Origin: Planctomycetia bacterium
GTDB taxonomy: Bacteria; Planctomycetota; Planctomycetia; Planctomycetales; Planctomycetaceae
Direction of reading: 5' to 3'
Assembly: GCA_043777235.1 (NCBI GenBank)
Contig: JAYVQJ010000121.1
Span: 1 to 38,002 of the forward strand
DNA: 38,002 nucleotides
Position 1 is the first letter of the stretch. The number at the start of each line of letters is the position of its first letter. The position numbers and the translations under genes are program-made. Below the pieces are notes generated by a model that was not told the origin of the DNA, searched no databases, and saw nothing but the letters and a program-made list of their open reading frames with translations. Below are positions 17,806 to 26,824 of the stretch, piece by piece.

Positions 17806-20800
17806 TCACTTCTTCTTCGCCGGTTTGTCGTCGAGGTCATCGAGGATGTCGGTCACGTCTTTCTTCACGTCTTTGCCGGGCTTCTTTGTGGAGCCGGCGA
17901 TTTGTTCGAGGTCGTTCAGTTTGTCTTCGGCTGAACTGCGGATTCCGTGGAAGCGGATGTGGCCCCAGAGGTGTGGGGTCAGACGCGCCTCGGACGGAGC
18001 GTCGGCAACGATGCCGGTCGCTTGGTTGGACCAGTAGCGGCGACGAAGAACGACGTTGCCGTCTTGGTCGGTGCTCAAGACGCCCCAATCGAATTTCAGA
18101 CGCAGGTTCGGGGTGGGCGTGAGGCCGAGCGACTTCAGCGGGATTGCGGCTTCGAGGTTGTAACCGTTGTCGTACTGCTCGACGGCAAGTTTCACGCCGT
18201 CGATGCGGGACACGCGATCAAAGAAAACTTCGGCGACCGGCGAGACGACTCGCCAGCGTTTGTCATCGGGAGTGCCAGGGACAAGCGCGTCGAACAAGAC
18301 CGCGATCGGTGGCGGTTGATCGGGCTTCGACGTCGCGGTCGGGAGACCGGACGCAGCGCCGCTCGGCGCGCTGAGCTTTGCGACCGTCATCAGCAATCGC
18401 TTGTCTCCTTCGACAGGGGCTTGCCGGTTTTCATCCGCTTCGGGGTCGATGCCGAATTGCAGATCGACGGAGGCTCCGGTTTTGAAGAGGCGGTCGAATT
18501 CGCGGCCGGAGTTCTTCAGCGGGCCGAGTCCGCGAACGGCATAAGCGACGAACAGCGTCTGATCGTCGTAGCCGATGTGGAAGTCGGCGTCGGTTCCCAT
18601 TTGAGCATCGGGCGTTTTCCAGTCGTTGAGTTTGCCGTCGATGACCGGTGCTTCCTTCACTCGGTAGCAGTCGATGACCGGCGCACGGGCGAAGACTTCG
18701 TGGCGTTGCTGCTGCTGCTCCCAGCGTTCAGCATCGAGCAAATCGGACGGCGTGATCTCGAATTCGCCCGACTGCCGCTTCGCGCTGTCGAGGCCCAGCA
18801 CTTCCGCGATGCTGATGTGATTGTGGCCGGCGACGACGTAGTACTTGTTGTCTTTCGTGCGGCAGAAGTACCCCGCGAAGTGTTCTTGTCCGGCGGTCAG
18901 TTCGCTCATCGGCATCCCGCGCTCGTGCTCCTTCATCGACCACGCGCGAGCCCCCGTTCGCAGGTCGCGGAAGATCGGGCCGACGAGCATTCCGTCGGCG
19001 GTCCAGACCGACCACGCGCCGTGATTCGCGTGCAACACGACGAACTCGCCGAGGTCTCCGGCGTGAGCGGTCTCGTGGCCGATAATGCCGAATTCGGAAA
19101 CGACCTGCCCAGGGTGATACGGCCCGCACGACGTCAGCGCCTGCACGCTGGCCCCTTCCGACGGATAGTTCCACGCCGCTGTTCCGTCCGGCCGCAGCGC
19201 CGCTTCTTTCACCCAGGGATCATCGCCGATGCGGAAGAAGTTGCCATTATCGAGCCGGAACAAAGTCCGTGACGCGAAGCCCGGATCTTGTCGGCGTTGA
19301 GCGACCGAGGCCAAATCGCGCGGCGCACGCTTCAGCAAATCTTCGACCTCATACACCGGCACGCCGTTCGGCAAAAAATCTTTCACCGTGTAGCGGAACG
19401 ACTGCTGTTGAGCGGACAGGTCGCGATTGAACAACGACACGCCGTGAATGTGTTTCGGCCGGTCGAACAGTTTGACTTCCTCCGACTGCACTTCGCCGTC
19501 ACCGGAGCGATCGGTCCAGATGAAACACTGCTTGGTGAGGTCCGGTGCTCCGAGCTTCGACAGCACTTCCGGTTTCTTCAGCGGATCGAAGTCGATCGCC
19601 AGCCCGATCGCCGCCGCCGGTTTGAGCTTGTCGGTGTCATACAGATAAACGATCCCGACCGATCGTTCCGAGAAGCCCGGTCGCGTGACGACGTACATGC
19701 GATCGTTGACGCGGATCGGCACTTCACCCGCGTTGAAGCCGTCGAGCGTCGTGAGATTCTTCAGCCGTGACGTGCGCGTCTTCCAGTCGATCTCGAATTC
19801 CAGCGAGCCGTAAAACAGCCGCGACTTGTCTTCCGGGTCGAGCACTCCGCCGCCGCCATAGGCCGTGTTCCCCAGCAGTTCTTTCTTGAACGTGCCGTCG
19901 ATTGACCAGACGGTGACTCGCTTCGGCCAGTACTGATTCTCGACGACCCACAGTTGATCTTCTTGATCGACGCCAATCGCGGTGACGTCTCCCATCCGAG
20001 TCGGCACCCACGCGCCCGCTTTGAATCCGCCGTCGGTGCCGATCGTTCGCAGCAGTTTTCCTTTGCTCGGTTCATACACGCGGATGTGATGCCGTTCGGG
20101 AGCGTTGTCGAAGACGTACAAATTCCCCTGCCGATCAAACGCGAGATCGGTCGGCGCGATGAGGTCAGTGATTGCGGACGTTGCCGACTCAGTCGTAGCC
20201 GAAGTCGCCAGACTTCGATCCGAACTCTGGCGAGTTCGGCTACCACTCTCCGTCACCGCGACGACCGATTTGCCGCTGATCGCCCACAGCTTTCCATCCG
20301 GCGAGTACGCGATCTCTTTCGGCTGAACGACCGGCATCTCGCGCAACAGCTTCGCATCGACCGTCGAATAGATTTCGATCCGATCATTCACCGCCGAATC
20401 GACGGGGAGTTCGCCGCCGACATACGTCACCGGAGCGACGCCATACACATGACAGCGTTTCGCATCGAGTTCTCGGCCACCGCGATCCATTCGCACGCCG
20501 AGGCACGCCGCTTGCCCGTTGTCCTTCCATTGCGAGACGACTCGCAGACGCACCGCTCGCGTTTTGATCTCGCGGCCGAAGTCGACGTAGCCGTCAACGT
20601 ATCGCGCCTGCGGGTTCATCAGTCCGAGTCCGCCGAAGCCGTTGCCGACGTCGCGGCGTTGTTGTTCGTAAGTCGCGACTTCGGTCCAACCCGCTCGGCC
20701 GGCGATGTCGAGTTCGTCGCCGGTCTCCGTGCGGCTCTCGTCCAACACATCCACCTTCGTGAACTGCCCGTCGATCTCCTTGATCGCGAGCCCGCGCAGT

Positions 20801-23361
20801 GCGACCGGCTCGTCCCACTGCAAAGCGTAAATGCCGGGATCGGATTCCGTCAGCGGCCGATCGCGTTGAGCGTCCCATTCGCCGAGATCGTTCACGCTGC
20901 CAGAACTGACTCGCACGTTCGCCTTCGGCAACTGGCTGACGAATCGTCGTCGCAGCAGCTTGAGTCCTTCAATCTGTCCCAGCCAACCGTTCTTCTCGTC
21001 GCTCAAGCCCGCGAGTTTTTTCAGTTCGTCCGACTTCCCTTTATCGCCGGAGGTCGAACCCTTCGGCCCATCGCCGAGCGGGTCTTCGTCTTTCTCGCCA
21101 TCGAGCAGTTTTGCGACCGCATCGTTCTCGGCAGCGGCACCTTTCGCGAAGGTGACTCGCAGCGCGCGAGTCAGCGTGTTGGGCGGCGCGGGGATCACGT
21201 CCCACGGCAGCGAGCCATGTTCGTCAAACGCTTGCCAATCGGCCTCCTTGTCCGGGTTCGGCGGATACTTTTCGTTTGGGTTCGGCTTCAGCACGCTGAG
21301 CCGCACGCGGTACGCCTCGGTCTGCGGCACCGGAAGGACGACGCTGCCGAGAGCGATCGGCTTGTTGAACGCCAACACGATGTGCTGCTTCGAGCCACGT
21401 CCTTTCGGTGATTGCAGATATGTCAGCGAAAACTGCGTCTCGCCTCCCGATGGATGTTGAATCAGTCGGAACAGCCGCATGAAATCTCCGCGCGGATCGG
21501 GGACCACTTCATACGCCACGCGCGGCGGACGCTTCGCTCCGTACAAGGGCAAGCAGTTCGCGGGATCGGCATCTTCGGCGGCGGCCGCGTTCGCCAGCCA
21601 GTTCTCTTTCGCTTGAATCGACAACGCCAACTCGCCCGGCTTCGCGGCGATCCCTTCGAGCCCGCGCTTGCGAGTGGCCGTCGGCGTGAGCGAGAGAAAC
21701 GGCTTCACTTCTTTCGAGTCGATATCGACGGTCCAAACCGCATCGGTCGTCGTGTTGAGAATCTGAGCACCGACGAAGACCGATTTGTTGTCGCTCGCGA
21801 GATACCTCGGCCCGGTCCACGCCGCGAACGAGTGATGCCCCCACTTCTTGCGGCCTTGCAGATCGCACTCGATCAACGACACGCCGCTCTCCGCGACATA
21901 CGCCGACAGGAAGACTCGATCGCCGACCGTGCAACAACCAACCGGCGGTGTGTGATCCGCGAGCCAACCTCCCGAATCGTGATGCCCGTTGAGCCACGGC
22001 GAATTCTCCGGCGCGTGCATCAGCGTGTTGGGATAAACCGTCGTCTCGTAATTCAATCGCAGCGGCTCATAGCTGATCGCCTTCCACGAGTACTTTCCCG
22101 GCGCGACGAGCGCCCCGCTTTCATCCTTCAGATTCCAACCGGCTGTGTGCTCCCCGGCCGCGAACGTCTCGCGCGAGAGGACGTTCTTCACGCGACGTCC
22201 ATCCGGCCCGTCGATGACCATCGTGACCAGCCGGTCCATGTCGCTCTGCGACTTCGGCACATCGAACGTGATCTGCTTCGGGGCCTGTAGCCCGATTTCG
22301 CCGAAATCGGGAACCGGCACATTGGCCTCACCGAGATTCGTGAAGACATGCAGCCCCGCGATCTCCGCCACCTGAGGTCCGCCGTCGCTGCCGTAGGGGA
22401 TGTTCGTCGGCCGCTCGGTCTTTGTGACGAGCCATCGCAAGCCGCGCGTCGTCAGCGGCTTCGTGAATTGAATCCATCTTCCGCCGCTGCGCCGTTCGCT
22501 GAGGTCGGCGAACTTCTTCCATTCCTTCGTAGTCCCCGCGCGCGGATTGACCGAGTCATCGCCGACGAACGTTTGCAGTTCGTAAGCCGCAAAATTGTCA
22601 CGCAGCCAAACACCACTGAGCGTTTGCGGTTGCTCCCACGACAGCACGAACCACGCGGGGTTGATGTCCGTGATCGGCGGCGACGCGACGAAGCCGTTGT
22701 TGTTCTTGCCCGCGTTCCGCCACTCGCCGATCCCCGTGATGAGCCGACTGGCGGCGTAAGTGTTCTTGGTATTCGGCGGCGTGTATTCACGATCGGCATA
22801 CGCGAAGCCGGACGGCACAATGTTGTGCAGCCGCTCTTTGAAGAGCCGCAACGTGTGGACCACTGAGCCTCCGGACTCACGTTTTTCGCGCAGTAAGATC
22901 GCTCGCGTCTCGGTCTTCACCGGCAGAGTGAATAACACCCCCGCCGATTGTCGCGGTAGCGGTTCCAACTTCGTCCAGTGCTTCGCTTCTTTCGGATCGC
23001 CCGGCCCATCGACGTCTGCCTTCAGCACGAAAACGTCGCGCATCGTGCCGGTCAAAAAGATCGAGCCGACTGAAACCGGTCGCTTGAACGCGACTCGGTA
23101 GACAAATTCGGACGGCAGTCCTTCTTCGGCAACTCGTCCCGCATTCCAACCAATGTAAGTCGGCACGACGTTCGTCACGCCCAACACCGGCAGCAGTTGT
23201 TCCGCCTTGTCGGCAACAACGTCACCGTCCCGCCACATGCCGCTCTGAGCCTCATCGAGCACATCCGCCTTGAGCGCCAACTCGGCCGCGCGGACGTCTA
23301 GGCCACTCACGAGCCAACACAGCAACAGGCACATTCCCCGAACAGCGGGTGACTTTCGCAT
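17806..23361 (-). CDS. Giant secreted multidomain protein (1851 aa), function unknown
   Basis: Signal peptide MRKSPAVRGMCLLLCWLVSGLDVRA. Discoidin/galactose-binding-like segments. An FlgD-Ig-like segment (AGEHTAGWNLKDESGALVAPGKYSWKA). An NHL/beta-propeller-like segment (LAFDRQGNLYVFDN...IRVYEP). A CBM9/DOMON-like C-terminal domain (APVIDGKLNDWKTPDA...FHIGYDDQTLFVAYAV). A Lys/Asp-rich tail. Domain calls come from motif memory, not from a search. Confidence 0.85.
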   Translation of the reverse strand: MRKSPAVRGMCLLLCWLVSGLDVRAAELALKADVLDEAQSGMWRDGDVVADKAEQLLPVLGVTNVVPTYIGWNAGRVAEEGLPSEFVYRVAFKRPVSVGSIFLTGTMRDVFVLKADVDGPGDPKEAKHWTKLEPLPRQSAGVLFTLPVKTETRAILLREKRESGGSVVHTLRLFKERLHNIVPSGFAYADREYTPPNTKNTYAASRLITGIGEWRNAGKNNNGFVASPPITDINPAWFVLSWEQPQTLSGVWLRDNFAAYELQTFVGDDSVNPRAGTTKEWKKFADLSERRSGGRWIQFTKPLTTRGLRWLVTKTERPTNIPYGSDGGPQVAEIAGLHVFTNLGEANVPVPDFGEIGLQAPKQITFDVPKSQSDMDRLVTMVIDGPDGRRVKNVLSRETFAAGEHTAGWNLKDESGALVAPGKYSWKAISYEPLRLNYETTVYPNTLMHAPENSPWLNGHHDSGGWLADHTPPVGCCTVGDRVFLSAYVAESGVSLIECDLQGRKKWGHHSFAAWTGPRYLASDNKSVFVGAQILNTTTDAVWTVDIDSKEVKPFLSLTPTATRKRGLEGIAAKPGELALSIQAKENWLANAAAAEDADPANCLPLYGAKRPPRVAYEVVPDPRGDFMRLFRLIQHPSGGETQFSLTYLQSPKGRGSKQHIVLAFNKPIALGSVVLPVPQTEAYRVRLSVLKPNPNEKYPPNPDKEADWQAFDEHGSLPWDVIPAPPNTLTRALRVTFAKGAAAENDAVAKLLDGEKDEDPLGDGPKGSTSGDKGKSDELKKLAGLSDEKNGWLGQIEGLKLLRRRFVSQLPKANVRVSSGSVNDLGEWDAQRDRPLTESDPGIYALQWDEPVALRGLAIKEIDGQFTKVDVLDESRTETGDELDIAGRAGWTEVATYEQQRRDVGNGFGGLGLMNPQARYVDGYVDFGREIKTRAVRLRVVSQWKDNGQAACLGVRMDRGGRELDAKRCHVYGVAPVTYVGGELPVDSAVNDRIEIYSTVDAKLLREMPVVQPKEIAYSPDGKLWAISGKSVVAVTESGSRTRQSSDRSLATSATTESATSAITDLIAPTDLAFDRQGNLYVFDNAPERHHIRVYEPSKGKLLRTIGTDGGFKAGAWVPTRMGDVTAIGVDQEDQLWVVENQYWPKRVTVWSIDGTFKKELLGNTAYGGGGVLDPEDKSRLFYGSLEFEIDWKTRTSRLKNLTTLDGFNAGEVPIRVNDRMYVVTRPGFSERSVGIVYLYDTDKLKPAAAIGLAIDFDPLKKPEVLSKLGAPDLTKQCFIWTDRSGDGEVQSEEVKLFDRPKHIHGVSLFNRDLSAQQQSFRYTVKDFLPNGVPVYEVEDLLKRAPRDLASVAQRRQDPGFASRTLFRLDNGNFFRIGDDPWVKEAALRPDGTAAWNYPSEGASVQALTSCGPYHPGQVVSEFGIIGHETAHAGDLGEFVVLHANHGAWSVWTADGMLVGPIFRDLRTGARAWSMKEHERGMPMSELTAGQEHFAGYFCRTKDNKYYVVAGHNHISIAEVLGLDSAKRQSGEFEITPSDLLDAERWEQQQQRHEVFARAPVIDCYRVKEAPVIDGKLNDWKTPDAQMGTDADFHIGYDDQTLFVAYAVRGLGPLKNSGREFDRLFKTGASVDLQFGIDPEADENRQAPVEGDKRLLMTVAKLSAPSGAASGLPTATSKPDQPPPIAVLFDALVPGTPDDKRWRVVSPVAEVFFDRVSRIDGVKLAVEQYDNGYNLEAAIPLKSLGLTPTPNLRLKFDWGVLSTDQDGNVVLRRRYWSNQATGIVADAPSEARLTPHLWGHIRFHGIRSSAEDKLNDLEQIAGSTKKPGKDVKKDVTDILDDLDDKPAKKK
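20195..20243. repeat. 49-bp GTAG-terminated palindrome inside the giant CDS
   Basis: gtagccgaaGtcgccaga-cttcgatccgaac-tctggcgaGttcggctac has 17 of 18 arm positions complementary. It is translated GSRTRQSSDRSLATSAT in a Ser/Thr-rich linker. There is no second copy in this window. Confidence 0.6.
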
Positions 23362-23413
23362 GATCTCGCCTCTATGTCAGAAGGAGGAACGTCGCGCATT
23401 GACGAACAAAGTA

Positions 23414-23667
23414 GCCGTCATCGCTCCGCGTGACGAGCCTTGCGCAATTGATCCAGGGCTGGCTAGTTTGCCGTACCGCGGGGAACGTAGGGTGGCGTCG
23501 AGTCATCGAGACCCACCGGAATTTCACACAAGTGGTGGGTCTCGATGACTCGACCGCACCCTACATTTGACAAACTAGGCCGCCCTGGCGGTTGATCCCC
23601 GAATCATTGACGACTGAGGTGGTCGAGCGTCGTAGTCCAGAAGGCTCATCACGCGGAGCGATGATGG
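23414..23667. repeat. About 250-bp composite nested palindrome (three concentric inverted-repeat pairs)
   Basis: Outer pair: catcgctccgcgtgacgagcc (about 23418-23438) with ggctcatcacgcggagcgatg (23643-23663). Middle pair: ccagggctggctagtttg (about 23452-23469) with caaactaggccgccctgg (about 23571-23588). Inner pair: aacgtagggtggcgtcgagtcatcgagacccacc with ggtgggtctcgatgactcgaccgcaccctacatt (23484-23567). Confidence 0.85.
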
Positions 23668-24454
23668 TTATTTCTCCACAAACCAAACATTGCGATAGCG
23701 GACTTCGCTGTTGTGGTCTTGCAGGTTGATCGGGCCGGGGTCGGGGCCTTCAGGGAGGGGCGACGAGGTCGTGGCGTGAGTCAGTTCGACGTTGTCGTGG
23801 ACAACGACTCCGTTGTGCCGCACGGTCAGGCGACCGTTCTTGGTCTTCTGGCCATTGGTGAATTGAGTGGCGGTGAAGTCGATGTCGTAAGTTTGCCAGG
23901 ACAGCGGCGGGAAGGACATGCTGATGTCCGGTTCTTTGATCGACGGGATGCCGCCGCATTCGTGGTTGTGCGGCTTCAGTCCGAACGAATCGAGCATCTG
24001 CACTTCATAGCGGCTTTGCAGATAACACCCGCTGTTCCCGCGGCTCGGCACCGAGCGTCGAACTCTTGCGGACGATCCGTTTCAGTTCGCCGATGGCCTT
24101 GCCATCCGTCGTGAGTGTCATCTCACCGTCTTTGATCGTTGCGGTCTGTTCGTCCGCCTTGAACGTCGTGACGCCGGACGTCGTCTGTGCTTCGTGCGGA
24201 GCGATTTCATTTTTGTCCCAACCGTCTCCGGGCAGCCCACCGTTTCGCCACACCGCGTGAAATTTTCCCTTGCCGATCGCGACGATTTGCACGCCGAGTT
24301 TCTTCTTGCCGTCCGAGCGAGTGACTTCGCCGACGTACTCGCCTTGAACGAGAACGTCGGGATCATCCGGTGTGACGTCCTTCGGTTCCGCCGCGCGCAG
24401 AGACGAGAGTACGCAGAGGATCAAACATGTGGAAAAATAGACGCGAACGAACAT
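23668..24454 (-). pseudogene. DUF1080 (3-keto-disaccharide hydrolase-like) gene disrupted by a frameshift and probable internal deletion
   Basis: Two overlapping ORFs lie in different frames. ORF 24005..24454 has a signal peptide, an N-domain and ...RKSSTLGAEP. ORF 23668..24051 reads ...RGNSGCYLQSRYEVQMLDSFGL...NLQDHNSEVRYRNVWFVEK. The frames switch at about 24040-24051, and the segment normally between the STLGA and GNSG.YLQ motifs is missing. Confidence 0.65.
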
Positions 24455-24505
24455 GAGCCGGCCTCACGAAATAGTTCCAACTTCGACGGTTTTGTGTTTC
24501 ATTAC

Positions 24506-24718
24506 TCCGAAGGAGTTGCGTCACATAGCCCAGGGTTGCCCGCGCAGCGAGCTACCCTGGGTTTGGATTTCAATGAGTTGATGTACCCCGAAGGGGTTCC
24601 GTCATCGAGATTTCTTAAATGACGCAACCCTTTCAGGGTAGGCCGGGCATGGTCTCATAATCCCAGGGTAGCCGCGATGCGCGGCAACCCTGGGCTTTGT
24701 GACGCAATCCCTTCGGGA
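24506..24718. repeat. Composite palindrome built from inverted copies of a CCGAAGG-GTTGCGTCA / CCCAGGGTAGCCGCG unit
   Basis: tccgaaggagttgcgtcacatagcccagggttgcccgcgcagcgagctaccctggg is mirrored by cccagggtagccgcgatgcgcggcaaccctgggctttgtgacgcaatcccttcggga. The inner pair is taccccgaaggggttccgtcat with atgacgcaaccctttcagggta. Confidence 0.85.
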
Positions 24719-24778
24719 TAAAGGCAGAGGCACACCAATCCAAACTTAGAACGACGGCCACTCTTCACTCGGCTCAAG

Positions 24779-26776
24779 TTACGGATTCGAGACCGACTTC
24801 ACCGTTGGCAACACACCTAACCGCAGACTCGTCGGATGCGCGGCCGAGCGAAAGACTCGGTGAGTCGCCTTCCGGAAATCGTCGGGCTTCGCGAAGTAGA
24901 TGTTGTCGACGAACGTCTGCGGGTTGCGATCGGCCAGCGGGAACCAAGTGCTTTGGATTTGCACCATCAGGCGATGTCCCTTTTGGAAACGGTGCAGCAC
25001 GTCGAGCAACTCGAAGCGGACGCGCGTCGGTTCGCCCGGCTTGAAGGGTTCGGGCTTGGCGTAGTCGTTGCGGAAGCGGCCGCGGAAAACTTCGCTGCGG
25101 ATCATCATTTGATAACCGGCCAGCGGCGTTCCTTCGGCAGCATCCGGGCGGACGTCGATCAGCTTCACGATCCAGTCGGCGTCGGTGCCGGTGGTCGAGA
25201 CCCACAGGTCCGCTTCGAGCGGGCCGGCAACGACGGTGTCTTCCGTGAACGGCTCGGTTTGATACGTCAGCACGTCCGGCCGGCGCGAAGCAAAGCGTTG
25301 GTCATCGACCATGTACTCGATCGTCATCTTCGGAGTGATGATCTCGCAGTACGGGACCGGCTTGTTCGGATCGCTGACGAATTCGTCGTAGCCCTCAATG
25401 TAGCCCTCTCGTTCCGCGAGAGGATCAGCCGAGCGCGCGGTTGTCGCGTTCTTTTCATTGGAAGTTCGTTTCGGAGATCGGCTTTCCTCTCGCGGAACGA
25501 GAGGGCTACTTTCCGGGGCGGACCAATCCAGTTTGCCTCCCTCGCGCACGAAGAGTTGCTTTGACTCCGTCTTCTTCGGTGGCCATTGATCGAAAGTCCG
25601 CCAGACGTTTGAGCCGGTCTCGAAGACGGTCGCCTCGGCGGGAGCAGGAATCTCTTTGTCTTTGAGATACTTCTCGAAGAACGGCAGCTCGATGTGTTCG
25701 CGGTAGAACGCTCCGGTCTTCGATCCAAACGGGACGTTGCCGAGCTTGTCGCCATCGACGCTGGCCCAACCGCCGTGATGCCACGGGCCAACGACCAGCA
25801 CGTTGTTGACCTTCGGGTTCTGCTTCTCGACCGAGTGATACGTCTTGAACGAGCCGTACAAATCCTCGGCGTCGTACCAGCCGGTGACGGTCATCACGGC
25901 GGGGGCGACGTTCTTCAGATGCGGGATTAAGGCTCGCTTCTGCCAGAACTCGTCCCGGTTCGGGTGCAGCATCATGTCCTTCCAGAACGGGATCTGCCCC
26001 TTGAGGTACAGCTTGTCGATGTTCTCGACCGAGCCCGCCTCCAAAAACATCTTGTAGCCGTCGGGAGTCGGGTAGATGAACGGCTTCGCGGGTTCGGTCG
26101 AAGGCTTCGTCCGTTCGTGATCGTTGCTCGACAGCCAGCGGAACGCGTGAGCCAAGAAGAACGAGCCGTGATGCAGGAAGTCATCAAAATACCAATCGCC
26201 GACGGGAGCCTGCGGCGAGACCGCCTTCAGCGCCGGATGTGCGTCGATCATCCCTGCCGCCGCGTAGAAGCCGGGGTACGAGATCCCCGCCATACCGACT
26301 CGGCCGTTGTGATGCGGGATGTTCTTCAGCAGCCATTCGATCGTGTCGAACGTGTCCGAGCTTTCGTCGATGTCGGTCGGCTTCGACTTGTTCGGCAAGT
26401 GCGGCGTGACTTGGACGAAGTCTCCCTCGGAGGCGAACCGCCCGCGCACGTCCTGATTGACGAAGATGTATCCCGCCTTCACGAAGTGCTCACTGGGCCC
26501 GATCTTCGACGGGTACTTGTCTTCGCCATACGGAGCGACGTTGTACGGCGTCCGCTTCATCATCATCGGATATTTCTTGGTCGTGTCGCGCGGCACAAAG
26601 ACCGACGTGAACAGCTTCACGCCGTCACGCATCGGAATCATGTGCTCGGACTTCGTGTAGTTCAGCCGCAGATAACTTTCGAGCTGCGACGGCTCTTGAG
26701 CCACCGCTCGATCGGAAACCTGAGCACCGATCAACGACACGGTCAGCAGCAACGCAACGCGAACGAGTTGTCTCAT
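24779..26776 (-). CDS. CocE/NonD family hydrolase (X-Pro dipeptidyl-peptidase S15-like), secreted
   Basis: 665 aa with a signal peptide. MIPMRDGVKLFTSVFVP, RTPY, GISYPGFY (GxSYxG nucleophile) and a C-terminal beta-sandwich ending ...HRVFRSAAHPSLRLGVLP-like. It carries a 110-bp palindromic insert in frame. Confidence 0.9.
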   Translation of the reverse strand: MRQLVRVALLLTVSLIGAQVSDRAVAQEPSQLESYLRLNYTKSEHMIPMRDGVKLFTSVFVPRDTTKKYPMMMKRTPYNVAPYGEDKYPSKIGPSEHFVKAGYIFVNQDVRGRFASEGDFVQVTPHLPNKSKPTDIDESSDTFDTIEWLLKNIPHHNGRVGMAGISYPGFYAAAGMIDAHPALKAVSPQAPVGDWYFDDFLHHGSFFLAHAFRWLSSNDHERTKPSTEPAKPFIYPTPDGYKMFLEAGSVENIDKLYLKGQIPFWKDMMLHPNRDEFWQKRALIPHLKNVAPAVMTVTGWYDAEDLYGSFKTYHSVEKQNPKVNNVLVVGPWHHGGWASVDGDKLGNVPFGSKTGAFYREHIELPFFEKYLKDKEIPAPAEATVFETGSNVWRTFDQWPPKKTESKQLFVREGGKLDWSAPESSPLVPREESRSPKRTSNEKNATTARSADPLAEREGYIEGYDEFVSDPNKPVPYCEIITPKMTIEYMVDDQRFASRRPDVLTYQTEPFTEDTVVAGPLEADLWVSTTGTDADWIVKLIDVRPDAAEGTPLAGYQMMIRSEVFRGRFRNDYAKPEPFKPGEPTRVRFELLDVLHRFQKGHRLMVQIQSTWFPLADRNPQTFVDNIYFAKPDDFRKATHRVFRSAAHPTSLRLGVLPTVKSVSNP
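25400..25509. repeat. Palindromic element, family S (GTAGCCCTCTCGYTCCGCGAGAGG arms), inside a CDS
   Basis: gtagccctctcgttccgcgagagga (25400-25424) pairs with tcctctcgcggaacgagagggctac (25485-25509). It is translated ...SSPLVPREESRSPKRTSNEKNATTARSADPLAEREGY... Intergenic copies are at 36536-36661 and 37131-37243. Confidence 0.9.
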
Positions 26777-26824
26777 GAGGATGTTCCTTGGTGGGATTCG
26801 AGGACTTCGAAGGCGAATCGCTCG

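Noticed and set aside
17947-22290. Series of long plus-strand ORFs (441, 485 and 292 aa) opposite the giant gene
   Set aside because: All are antisense to one uninterrupted 1851-aa frame with a signal peptide and recognisable domains. Their composition is Arg/Asp-rich.
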